Below are positions 1 through 8,970 of a stretch of DNA of 64,000 nucleotides, one piece after another. Source of the DNA: Gemmatimonadota bacterium (GTDB lineage: Bacteria > Gemmatimonadota > Gemmatimonadetes > Gemmatimonadales > GWC2-71-9). The stretch lies in NCBI GenBank assembly GCA_039586365.1, contig JBDHKN010000017.1, positions 11,623-75,622 of the forward strand, given 5' to 3'. The position numbers and the translations under genes were made by a program. The notes under the pieces are model-generated. The model saw nothing but the letters and a program-made list of their open reading frames with translations. It had not been told where the DNA came from and made no database searches. Each line of letters opens with the position of its first letter. Position 1 is the stretch's first letter.

Positions 1-80
1 AAGCTTCCATACGGAACTCCTCAGCTACGGTGCACTGCCGGTGAGTCTGATACGGTGGGGCATGGGCTTGGACAACTGAA

Positions 81-395
81 GTGAACCCGCTGGCTTCGCT
101 TCGTTTGCGCTCTTTGGCGCTACAAATCTGGAGGGCACTGCGTCGTCGACTGCGGGCCGCGCGAGAGATCTACGAGGGGGTCTATTTCGCTCCCTATCGC
201 AGTGCGATTCATCGGGAATACTTGGAGCAGCGGGACCTGTTTCTAGTGCTGAGTTTTTCGGATTTCCTGGGCATCCCGAATCCTGTTGCGTTCTACACAC
301 TCGAGCTCTATCCTGAGTTGATTGACCAGTTTCACCAGTGGCATGTGCGGATGGGGATGCCACGTGCTCCGGAGGGTGGGTTCAGGTGCTGCTGA
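81..395 (+). CDS. small protein ending in Cys-Cys-stop, partner of the downstream ArsA/Get3-like ATPase (possibly the family NCBI names cory-CC-star protein)
   Basis: GTG-start 104-aa ORF ending ...APEGGFRCC*. Ordered core GIPNPVAFYTLELYPELIDQFHQWHVRMGM. It stops 22 nt before the probable ATPase start. The family name is from memory, not a search. Confidence 0.5.
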   Translation: MNPLASLRLRSLALQIWRALRRRLRAAREIYEGVYFAPYRSAIHREYLEQRDLFLVLSFSDFLGIPNPVAFYTLELYPELIDQFHQWHVRMGMPRAPEGGFRCC

Positions 396-417
396 GGAAG
401 GGCCGGCGGGTGACAGC

Positions 418-1389
418 TTGAGCGTCGTGCCACAACTGAATGATCTGCTAGACAGGCAGATAGTCTTCTTCGGTGGAAAGGGGGGAGTTGGCAAGACAAC
501 ACTAGCCGCCGCTTTCGCAATTCACTCAGCCGAACGCGGGATGCGGACACTGTTGGTGTCCACCGATACTGCTCATTCGACCAGCGATATTCTTCAGACG
601 GTGCTTGGGGCTGAACCGAGGCGGGTGACGGGCGAGTGTTGGGCCCTGGAGATTGATCCGGGACACGAGACCGACCGGTACATAGGTGATGTCAAACGAC
701 GCATTGCTGGCACGATAGCGCCGCGTCTTATGCAGGAGGTCGAGAGGCAAATCGACATTGCGCGGGTGTCACCGGGAGCGGAAGAGGCCGCTGTCTTCGA
801 GAGGTTTGCTCGTATCATCGAGGAGTTCGGAGACGACTTCAGTCGTATCTTCTTTGACACGGCTCCAACGGGTCAGACCCTTCGCCTACTTTCTCTGCCA
901 GAGCTAATGACCACTTGGATAAATGGTCTCATAGGTCGGCGCAAGAAGGTCAACATGCTGGCCCGCATGTGGCGTAATGTTGCCGGTGTGTCAGCAAGTG
1001 AAACATTGGCTGAGGACGATCCGGTGCTTTCGGCTTTGGAGGAACGACGAGATCGGTTTGTCCGCACTCGTGAAATACTAACCGACAGTCACCAGTCGGC
1101 CTTCGTGTTCGTACTGACTCCGGAATGGCTACCGCTCCTTGAGACGCGGAAGGCGGTAGGTGTCTTGAGTAGATACAGGATTCCCGTGGCAGCGATACTC
1201 ATCAATCGAGTCCTGCCCTTGGATGCCGATGGCGAATTCCTCGAGCGACGGCGGCAGAGGGAAGCTGAGTACCTAGGTCGGATAGATGAGGCATTCACCG
1301 GCTTCCCGATCTGCAAGATCCCGCTCAATGACCGGGACGTGGTTGGGCTCCAGGCCCTGCGCGAGATGGCTGCGACCGCATACGTGTGA
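418..1389 (+). CDS. ArsA/Get3-family P-loop ATPase (single domain, not in an ars operon)
   Basis: FFGGKGGVGKTT Walker A, STDTAHS, and DTAPTGQTLRLL (ArsA signature DTAPTGHT with Gln for His). The ORF is open from 322 but that overlaps the upstream gene. TTG 418 (or GTG 427) follows a GAGGAAGG SD-like run. Confidence 0.85.
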   Translation: MSVVPQLNDLLDRQIVFFGGKGGVGKTTLAAAFAIHSAERGMRTLLVSTDTAHSTSDILQTVLGAEPRRVTGECWALEIDPGHETDRYIGDVKRRIAGTIAPRLMQEVERQIDIARVSPGAEEAAVFERFARIIEEFGDDFSRIFFDTAPTGQTLRLLSLPELMTTWINGLIGRRKKVNMLARMWRNVAGVSASETLAEDDPVLSALEERRDRFVRTREILTDSHQSAFVFVLTPEWLPLLETRKAVGVLSRYRIPVAAILINRVLPLDADGEFLERRRQREAEYLGRIDEAFTGFPICKIPLNDRDVVGLQALREMAATAYV

Positions 1390-1472
1390 TCCCTGGGCAG
1401 TACTAGGGTCCTTCCTATCCGCTCGCGCCTGGTTCATTCTTCGTATGCCGCGTTTCGCCTAGGAGATGTCCC

Positions 1473-3254
1473 GTGAGCTCCATCGCACTCTTGGTTGTCG
1501 GATTGTTGGCATTCCTTACTGGCTACCAGGTCTACTCTAGGTACATAGCTCGCCAAATCTATCGACTCGATCCCGACTTCAGAACTCCGGCGCATGAGTT
1601 TGAAGATGGGGTAGACTTTGTACCCACTAACAAGCACGTGCTGTTTGGTCACCACTTCACGTCCGTCGCCGGCGCGGCACCGATCGTCGGGCCGGCGATT
1701 GCCGTTATCTGGGGTTGGCTCCCGGCCTTTCTCTGGGTGGTGCTGGGAACGATCTTTGCCGGAGCCGTTCACGACTTCGGGACATTGTGGATTTCGACCC
1801 GCCACAAGGCCAACTCTGTTGGAACCTTGACCGAGTCAATCGTCGGTGGCCGGGCACGCGTGCTCTTTCTCCTGATCATCTTCTTCCTGTTGTTGTTGGT
1901 GAACGCTGTGTTCGCCGTGGTCATCGCGAACCTGTTCATAGCCAGTCCGGGAGCTGTGCTCCCAGTGTGGGGAACCCTTGTGGTAGCGGTGGTGGTAGGC
2001 ATCCTGATCTACCGAAGTAGGGTGGGCATACTATGGCCGTCGCTTGGCGCGCTGCTAGTAATATACGTGCTCATCTGGCTGGGTCAGTATGCGCCGTTTG
2101 CACTCCCGGACCTTATTGGCTTCACTCCCACCGGGGCACAACTGACAGTAGCGCAGGGCGATGCTTCCGTCGCTGCTGCGGCCGCACATGTCGACGGGAT
2201 GCGGATAGGCTGGGTCATCATTCTCTTCATTTATGCGTTCTTTGCCAGCGTGCTGCCAGTATGGCTGCTGCTGCAGCCTCGTGACTACATCAACAGTCAC
2301 CAGCTTTTCGTGGCATTGGGGATCATTTCGGTCGGAATATTGGTCGCCAATCCTCCAGTAGTCGCCCCGGCAATCAACCACAATCTTCCCTCGGATGCAC
2401 CTAACTGGTTCCCGCTGTTGTTTATCACGATTGCCTGCGGTGCGATTAGTGGCTTCCATGGACTTGTCGCCTCAGGAACATCCGCAAAACAGCTCAACAA
2501 AGAGACTGACGCTAGGTATGTGGGTTATGGAGGAATGCTTGGCGAAGGAACCCTGGCACTCACATCGATTCTGGCGGCCACTGCTGGACTTGCGTTGTTT
2601 GTTGGGGCTGACGGATGGCATGAGCATTACGGGTCTTGGGCCAAAGCCTCGTCTGGTGCCACCATGGCATTTGTTAACGGCGTTGGCGTGATAGCGGAAG
2701 GAATCGGGATCCCCCATGCAGTCGCGACGATATTCGCCGCTGTTGTGGTGATCAGTTTTGCTGCAACGACCATGGACACCGGCATGAGACTGCAGCGGTA
2801 CATAATCGCCGAGTTGGGCGTCGAGTATCGTCTGAAGCTCGTCCAGAACAGGTGGGTTGCGACGCTAATTGCGGTAGCGTGCTGCGCGGCATTGGCTGTC
2901 GGTCTGGATCGCGGGGCGGGCGGTATGCGGTTGTGGCCTCTTTTCGGAACTACGAATCAGCTAACGGCGGGACTCAGTTTGCTCGTAGTCACTTTGTTCC
3001 TGCTGAAGCTCCGGCGGCCGGTATGGGTCACCGTCATACCGATGGTGTTCCTGCTCTTTATGACCACTTGGGCCATGGTTCTGAACCTGATCCGATACTT
3101 CACCGAGAGTCAGATGCTACTGCTAGCGGTCGGTGGCGTGATATTCGTACTGGAGCTTTGGCTGATGTTTGAAGCGGCAGCTGCACTGCGCGGCGTCCTT
3201 GCGGGGCGTGAGGTGATCGGGGATGCTAAAGGGAGTGCTCGCCGGCGGGGATAA
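1473..3254 (+). CDS. cstA: carbon starvation protein A family transporter
   Basis: 593-aa polytopic membrane ORF with the CstA hallmark FGHHFTSVAGAAPIVGPAIAV near the N-terminus. GTG start. Confidence 0.9.
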   Translation: MSSIALLVVGLLAFLTGYQVYSRYIARQIYRLDPDFRTPAHEFEDGVDFVPTNKHVLFGHHFTSVAGAAPIVGPAIAVIWGWLPAFLWVVLGTIFAGAVHDFGTLWISTRHKANSVGTLTESIVGGRARVLFLLIIFFLLLLVNAVFAVVIANLFIASPGAVLPVWGTLVVAVVVGILIYRSRVGILWPSLGALLVIYVLIWLGQYAPFALPDLIGFTPTGAQLTVAQGDASVAAAAAHVDGMRIGWVIILFIYAFFASVLPVWLLLQPRDYINSHQLFVALGIISVGILVANPPVVAPAINHNLPSDAPNWFPLLFITIACGAISGFHGLVASGTSAKQLNKETDARYVGYGGMLGEGTLALTSILAATAGLALFVGADGWHEHYGSWAKASSGATMAFVNGVGVIAEGIGIPHAVATIFAAVVVISFAATTMDTGMRLQRYIIAELGVEYRLKLVQNRWVATLIAVACCAALAVGLDRGAGGMRLWPLFGTTNQLTAGLSLLVVTLFLLKLRRPVWVTVIPMVFLLFMTTWAMVLNLIRYFTESQMLLLAVGGVIFVLELWLMFEAAAALRGVLAGREVIGDAKGSARRRG

Positions 3255-3429
3255 GGTGAGCTGTTGCACTAGTGCAAGCTGAGACATACGTTCGACTACA
3301 CCGTAGTCAGAGGTAAGGACCATCCCAGATTTTGCAGATCGACGGTCTGACTATAGCCCGAGACGCGAACCCAGGTCGGGGTCTATGTTGGCCGAGGATC
3401 CGGAAGCCCAGCCGCTCAGGTCTCGTGAC

Positions 3430-4185
3430 ATGCGAGGCCAGTGCGCGTTGGTGACGGGAGGGGCCTCAGGTTTAGGCCGCGCTATCGCGCTGGAGTTTGC
3501 CCGTCGTGGGGCGAATGTGGCGTTCAACTATATCGAACTCGAAGGGCGCGATATTGCAGCACAGGCACTCTTGACGGAGACTACACTCAGGGGCTACGGG
3601 ATCGAGGTATACAGTCAACACTGTGACGTTCGTAGTCGTGTGGCGGTGGATACATTCGTCAATCGGGCCGCGGATGCAATAGGTGGACTACACTTCCTCG
3701 TGAACAACGCAGGAATACACAGCGATGGAGCGCTGTGGCGGCTGACAGAGCAGGCGTGGCGTGACGTCTTAGATACGAACGTGACCGGCTCCTTCAACTG
3801 CACTCGTGCTGTGGCGCCGATATTCAGGGTGCAACGCTACGGTAAGGTCGTCAATATCTTGTCACAGCAGATTCTCAAGCCGGGATTCGGAGTGTCCAAC
3901 TACACTACCAGCAAGGCCGCGTTGGTAGGATTGACGAAATCGTCGGCCGTCGAGCTCGGTCCCTACAACGTCAACGTCAACGGGGTGGGTCCGGGATTCG
4001 TCCGGACCGAGATGGTTGCCGCGCTGCCACGGGAGCTATTGGAGGATGCCAGGCAGCGATCGGTGCTCAGCCGCTTGGCTGAGCCCGAGGACGTGTCCCC
4101 TTTGGTCGTATTCCTCTGCTCCGATGAGGCTCGACATATCACTGGTCAGGTTATCTTAGTGGATGGTGGCGCGACCCTCGTGTAG
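3430..4185 (+). CDS. SDR-family oxidoreductase (FabG-like)
   Basis: VTGGASGLGRAIA Rossmann motif, NNAG, and YTTSK (YxxxK) catalytic motif. ATG 3430 preferred over the ORF-track start 3385. Confidence 0.85.
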   Translation: MRGQCALVTGGASGLGRAIALEFARRGANVAFNYIELEGRDIAAQALLTETTLRGYGIEVYSQHCDVRSRVAVDTFVNRAADAIGGLHFLVNNAGIHSDGALWRLTEQAWRDVLDTNVTGSFNCTRAVAPIFRVQRYGKVVNILSQQILKPGFGVSNYTTSKAALVGLTKSSAVELGPYNVNVNGVGPGFVRTEMVAALPRELLEDARQRSVLSRLAEPEDVSPLVVFLCSDEARHITGQVILVDGGATLV

Positions 4186-4412
4186 CGGAACAAGCCGCTC
4201 CGGCAGGTGGCGTCGCAGCAACACAGCCCTGGAGAGCGCGGGCTGAGACAAGCTCAGGGTTTCGCAGTTGTTGGACGAGGCCGCAATGCTGTCGTTGAAC
4301 CGCCCGCTGCTCTAGAATCAAGCATGTCGAAGTGCTGGGTTACATGTGCGACGCTTCTTGATTTACGTGGCGATTCGAGTTGCAGATATTGACAATGCGC
4401 GGCATACACCTG

Positions 4413-5102
4413 ATGAAACTGATAAAGTTGACTCCTCGGCGGGAGGGGGCTCGCAGCTGCAGTGGAGTCCGAGTGGACGAACGCCTGATTCGTACTGTTG
4501 TTGCATTGGTTTTCCTCAGTATGGCAGGCTGTGCGGGAAGGCCACCTGAAGATTCGCAACCGGCGCCAACAACGCCCCTGCCGACTGGAGCAATTGCGGG
4601 CCAGAACGTGACTGTGTATCCCGTCACGTTGATGGTTACGGATGAGGAGCTGGGCTGGGAGGGTCTTGTGCAGCCGCGGAGTGAGGCACTGAGTAGAGCT
4701 GACAGCATGATCGCAGTCTTCCTGACGGAGCGGGTAACCGAAGTGAATTGGATATTGCCTGATCAGCTACGTGCGGTCGCGCGACGTGCACCAGGGATGC
4801 TGGTGAATCCAGACCAAATGGGAACCGCTCTGCTACGCAACCCTATTGATTTGGTACCAGACCCGCTCCGCAGCCAGATGCGCAACCTCAACGCAGTCTC
4901 CGGAGTGCGGTTCGCCCTTGTGCCGGCGGGCCTGCTCTTTTATCGCGAACCGGACGGAGGCGGTAGAGCTGAGCTTACTGTTGTGATGGTGGAGGTGCGT
5001 CGGGGGCAGGTACAGTGGCGCACTGTCGCCATCGGTGTGGGTGCCGGGCCATGGGAAGCAACGTGGAACGCTCTCAAGACGCTCGTTCCGGGGCTGCCGT
5101 GA
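4413..5102 (+). CDS. hypothetical lipoprotein
   Basis: Signal peptide with lipobox ...VVALVFLSMAGC-AG, and non-repetitive mature sequence. No family recognised. Start uncertain (ATG 4395/4413 or GTG 4473). Confidence 0.5.
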   Translation: MKLIKLTPRREGARSCSGVRVDERLIRTVVALVFLSMAGCAGRPPEDSQPAPTTPLPTGAIAGQNVTVYPVTLMVTDEELGWEGLVQPRSEALSRADSMIAVFLTERVTEVNWILPDQLRAVARRAPGMLVNPDQMGTALLRNPIDLVPDPLRSQMRNLNAVSGVRFALVPAGLLFYREPDGGGRAELTVVMVEVRRGQVQWRTVAIGVGAGPWEATWNALKTLVPGLP

Positions 5103-5198
5103 CGGGCTATCTTGGGGGTGGGAGTGGTAGAGAACGTGCACCGCTCTCCTTCCGCGCCTTGGTGAGATTAGCGCGCAAAACAAAGGCCGAACAGAGTC

Positions 5199-5510
5199 GT
5201 GCTTGGACCAATGAATCCACGGTCGCCGTTGTCTGGCGCTCTGATTGAACACGAGTGTCCTCGGTGTGATCGGGAGGTCGAACTCCCCTTGGGAGACATC
5301 TGTGGGAGTTGTCTGGCTGACATCGAGCGACGTGCCGGGAAGATCTCTCGTATTGTTGCCATAACGACGACCGCCGGTCTGGCGGTCTACGTCTACTTGC
5401 GGATGCCCGATTATCCTACCGCCAAGGTGGTGGGACTGACAGCTATTGTTGCCTGGTACATTATCACGGGACTAGTAACGAAGCGTATCATGCGCGAAGT
5501 GCTCAAGTGA
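5199..5510 (+). CDS. hypothetical membrane protein with N-terminal zinc-ribbon
   Basis: CPRCD-x13-CGSC followed by two hydrophobic helices (IVAITTTAGLAVYVYL, VVGLTAIVAWYIITGLV). GTG 5199 or ATG 5211 start. Confidence 0.45.
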   Translation: MLGPMNPRSPLSGALIEHECPRCDREVELPLGDICGSCLADIERRAGKISRIVAITTTAGLAVYVYLRMPDYPTAKVVGLTAIVAWYIITGLVTKRIMREVLK

Positions 5511-5523
5511 CCGGACAGTTCGT

Positions 5524-6381
5524 GTGAGCAGCGGGATTGTTCATCTGTCAGATTTGCACTTCGGTTCGGAGGCCGACCTCGCCAAGATCGAGGCCGTCGA
5601 GGAATTGGTGCCGGATCTGGAGCCGCGAGTAACAGTGATTTCAGGCGATTTGACGCTGCGGGCGCGACATGGAGAGTTCATGGCTGTGCGGGGCTTGATC
5701 CGTGAACTTGAGCGCACGGCGCCGGTATTCGTAATCCCGGGCAATCACGATGTCCAGTGGTGGTGGCGGCCGCTCATCCCGTTTGGTGGTTCCATGAAGT
5801 ACCGCAAATTCTCAAGGTACTTCGGGCCCGTCATAGCTCCGACACTCTCTATCCCGGGAGTAATTATCGCGAGTGCTCTAACGTCGCACGGGATCGCCTG
5901 GGGGTCGCTTACATACAGTGTTGGGGATCTTGCTGTGAAGGGACACTTGTCGCGCGGAGAGATCGAACGAGTCAAAGCGAGGTTTGCCCAAGCGGATGCG
6001 CAACAACTCAAGGTACTGGTAGTGCACCACAATGTGCTACGCGGTGAAGTCTCGGGGCGGATGGGCCTCGCTTGGTGGAAGCGGGCACAACGCCGGATCG
6101 TGGATAGTGGTGCAGAACTTGTCCTCTGTGGACACGATCATCAGGAGTTGGCTGACCAACTTGACGGCAAGGTTGTCGTGTCTTGCAGTGGGACGTTGTC
6201 AACTCGCTTGCCTGGTGATCGCCCGGCGGCTTTTCATCACTTGTATTGGGACGATACGGCCATCCAAGTGGAGCAGTACATGTGGGATATGAATCTGTGC
6301 ATCTTCAGGCGATCCAACGTTTATGCATTCGCCCGCAACCGCCGAGTGGATGAAGCGAAGGTCTCGGCTCAACTGGGCTAA
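5524..6381 (+). CDS. calcineurin-like metallophosphoesterase
   Basis: Motifs VHLSDLHFG, SGDLT, PGNHD, VVHHN and CGHDH in canonical order. Confidence 0.85.
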   Translation: MSSGIVHLSDLHFGSEADLAKIEAVEELVPDLEPRVTVISGDLTLRARHGEFMAVRGLIRELERTAPVFVIPGNHDVQWWWRPLIPFGGSMKYRKFSRYFGPVIAPTLSIPGVIIASALTSHGIAWGSLTYSVGDLAVKGHLSRGEIERVKARFAQADAQQLKVLVVHHNVLRGEVSGRMGLAWWKRAQRRIVDSGAELVLCGHDHQELADQLDGKVVVSCSGTLSTRLPGDRPAAFHHLYWDDTAIQVEQYMWDMNLCIFRRSNVYAFARNRRVDEAKVSAQLG

Positions 6382-7060
6382 GGAAGCGGCAAGAGCTGCA
6401 GACGAGGCGCTTTTGTGCAGACGCCTCGAGCTCCTCGGAATCAAGCTGCCCGTCGTCGTTCACGAAAACCGCACGGTCCTGGTCAGCCTGACCAGAGGGG
6501 GGGTGGTACGAATTCACCGTGGGTTCGCCTACGCCTCCGACCGCACTCTGCAGGCAGTAATTCGGTTCGTGAAGCCCACGACTCGAAGACCGGTACGCCG
6601 ACAGGCGGAACAAGAGGTAATCTCGTTTCCGGTCGACGAGTATGTAACACCGCGGCGGCTACCCAGTAGAAGGGCACGTCACAGACCGGGCGATGGAAAG
6701 CTGCTGGCTGAGCTGCGCGGCGCGCACGATCGTCTCAACAGGGCGCATTTTGGAGGGACTCTCTCCTCCATTCGGTTTCAAATATCAGATCGGATGAGAA
6801 CGCGTCTGGGAGAACTGACGTTGGATGCACAAACGCACGAGGTCGTTGAGATAGCGATCAGTCGACGTCACTTGAAGCTGGACAGCTGGAAGGAAATCGA
6901 GGATACGATACTGCACGAGATGATTCATCAGTGGCAGGCCGAATGCGGACTGAAAGTCGATCACGGTTCGACGTTCCGAGCTAAAGCAAAAGAGATTGGC
7001 GTTGTGCCACGGGCAGACCGCGCCGTGGGAGCTACGCATTACTCGGGCCAGCGCGGTTGA
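6350..7060 (+). CDS. SprT-like zinc metalloprotease domain protein
   Basis: HEMIHQW (HExxH) preceded by the SprT-like segment RLNRAHFGGTL...RMRTRLGEL. Overlaps the 3' end of the upstream gene. Start uncertain (6323/6350/6413). Confidence 0.65.
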   Translation: MKRRSRLNWAKEAARAADEALLCRRLELLGIKLPVVVHENRTVLVSLTRGGVVRIHRGFAYASDRTLQAVIRFVKPTTRRPVRRQAEQEVISFPVDEYVTPRRLPSRRARHRPGDGKLLAELRGAHDRLNRAHFGGTLSSIRFQISDRMRTRLGELTLDAQTHEVVEIAISRRHLKLDSWKEIEDTILHEMIHQWQAECGLKVDHGSTFRAKAKEIGVVPRADRAVGATHYSGQRG

Positions 7061-7072
7061 CCGAGAGGCCGT

Positions 7073-8257
7073 ATGACCTACCAGGGTGTGGACTTCTACG
7101 ACGTGGATTCGTTGCTGAGCGGCGAGGAACGGGCCATCCGGGATACGGTGCGGCGTTGGGTGGACGACTCCGTACTACCGATCATAGCTGAGCACTACTT
7201 GGAAGGCAGGTTCCCGCTTCATCTGGTTCCTCAGATGGGGGAATTCGGATTCTTGGGCGCCAACCTGCCAGCGGAGTACGGGTGCGCTGAACTCGACAAC
7301 GTGGCCTACGGCCTGATCATGCAGGAACTGGAGCGCGGTGACAGTGGAATCCGTTCCTTCGCATCGGTCCAAGGTGCATTGGTCATGTATCCAATACACG
7401 AGTTCGGCAGCGAGGCACAAAAGCGGTTTTGGCTACCACAGTTGGCGCGGGGCGAAGCCATCGGGTGTTTTGGACTCAGCGAACCCGATTATGGATCCAA
7501 TCCCGGTGGACTCGTGACGACCGCTAGGGAAGACAACGATTGCTGGATTCTAAATGGTTCCAAGATGTGGATCACCAATGGATCCATGGCTCACGTGGCG
7601 ATCATATGGGCGAAGACGGGATCTCTGGACGATTCCGACTCGATCCGTGGCTTCGTTGTCCCCACCGATGCGACGGGTTTTTCGGCCAAAGATCAAAGAG
7701 GCAAGCTCTCGCTACGGGCGAGTGACACCAGCGAGCTCGTGCTCCACGATGTTCGGATTCCCAGGGACTCGATCCTCCCTCAGAGTCGGGGGCTCAAGAG
7801 CCCTCTCATGTGCCTCACTCAGGCAAGGTACGGCATTGCCTGGGGCGCCGTCGGAGCCGCGATGGCTTGCTTTGAGGAAGCCGTCAGCTACGCCAAGAGT
7901 AGAGTGATGTTCAACCGTCCTATCGGAGGATTCCAACTGCAGCAGGCGCGTCTGGCAGAGATGCTTTCCGAGATCACCAAGGCACAGCTGCTGTGCCTGC
8001 AACTAGGGCGGCTCAAGGATGCCGGCCGGATGAGGCCGGCACAGGTTTCTCTGGCCAAGCGAAACAACGTGAACATGGCAGCCGAGTGCGCCAGAGAGGC
8101 CCGCCGCCTCCTAGGAGCTAGTGGCATTCTGGCGGAGTATCATGCGATGAGACACTTGGCGAACCTGGAAAGTGTCTACACCTACGAGGGTACCCACGAC
8201 GTTCACACATTGGTGCTCGGTCAGGAAATCACTGGGCTCGATGCTTTCGGGGGGTGA
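7073..8257 (+). CDS. gcdH: glutaryl-CoA dehydrogenase (acyl-CoA dehydrogenase family)
   Basis: 394 aa. N-terminal DSLLSGEERAIRDTVRRW, GCFGLSEPDYGSNPGG, and C-terminal YTYEGTHDVHTLVLG, typical of the GCDH subfamily. Confidence 0.85.
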   Translation: MTYQGVDFYDVDSLLSGEERAIRDTVRRWVDDSVLPIIAEHYLEGRFPLHLVPQMGEFGFLGANLPAEYGCAELDNVAYGLIMQELERGDSGIRSFASVQGALVMYPIHEFGSEAQKRFWLPQLARGEAIGCFGLSEPDYGSNPGGLVTTAREDNDCWILNGSKMWITNGSMAHVAIIWAKTGSLDDSDSIRGFVVPTDATGFSAKDQRGKLSLRASDTSELVLHDVRIPRDSILPQSRGLKSPLMCLTQARYGIAWGAVGAAMACFEEAVSYAKSRVMFNRPIGGFQLQQARLAEMLSEITKAQLLCLQLGRLKDAGRMRPAQVSLAKRNNVNMAAECAREARRLLGASGILAEYHAMRHLANLESVYTYEGTHDVHTLVLGQEITGLDAFGG

Positions 8258-8466
8258 GCCGTGGGAGCTTAGCCATGGCAGGGCGCGCTCGTCGCCCCAC
8301 ACGAGTGCTGGATTCGCAGGAATTCTTGCTTTCCCCGGACCCCGTCAGCCAGCGGTATCCGAAGGAGTCAGACCGGCAGTAACGAGTCACGCAGTCAGAT
8401 CACTGGATATGTAACCTGTGGGCGCAGCCAGGCGTAGGGTTCCTGGGACATCCAGGAGTTCATCGC

Positions 8467-8721
8467 ATGTTACACTCAATCTGGTTTCTGATCGTTGGCG
8501 TGATTGCGGGCTGGCTTGCCGGCAAAGTGACCAGGGGACGGGGTTACGGGCTGTGGGGCAATCTCGTGCTCGGTTGCTTGGGAGCACTTCTCGGCGGGTT
8601 CCTATTCGGCATTCTGGGAATTCGTGTTGGTGGCCTGGTGGGAACCCTGCTGGCGGCGTTCGCCGGAGCGATGATTGTCCTGTTCGTGACACGGAGACTC
8701 GGCCAATCTGGCCTGCTGTAG
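8467..8721 (+). CDS. GlsB/YeaQ/YmgE-family (transglycosylase-associated) small membrane protein
   Basis: 84 aa, IVGVIAGWLAGKV...GNLVLGCLGALLGGFLFG glycine-zipper helices characteristic of the family. Confidence 0.8.
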   Translation: MLHSIWFLIVGVIAGWLAGKVTRGRGYGLWGNLVLGCLGALLGGFLFGILGIRVGGLVGTLLAAFAGAMIVLFVTRRLGQSGLL

Positions 8722-8970
8722 GTTGGTGATGCCCGGGTAGAGAGGTACCTCGCAAGCTTCGCTGCTAGCAGATCGCTCCCCAGGGCGACAACCGCAAGCG
8801 GCGGTCCTCGACAAGCCCTCACGTACTGCGCACGCGAACAATCGCAAGCCGCACGCTGAAACGTAGAGTAGCGGCCGGTGTATCTATGGTCCGAGTCATG
8901 GGAAGCTCGGCTCCGAACTGTGGCAGTTGACCGCCGTTCTTCTTGGACAAACAACACACTGAGGTCTGGA

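Noticed and set aside
1-6. The window begins with AAGCTT (HindIII).
   Set aside because: It is most likely a cloning or partial-digest boundary, and internal AAGCTT sites exist (for example 8754-8759). It is not a biological feature. It only warns that the first operon may be truncated.
3263-3276. A perfect 14-nt palindrome, TTGCACTAGTGCAA, 9 nt after the cstA stop. It could be an operator or a weak terminator.
   Set aside because: A few perfect 7+7 palindromes are expected by chance in 64 kb. There is no U-tract, no second copy and no adjacent regulator gene.
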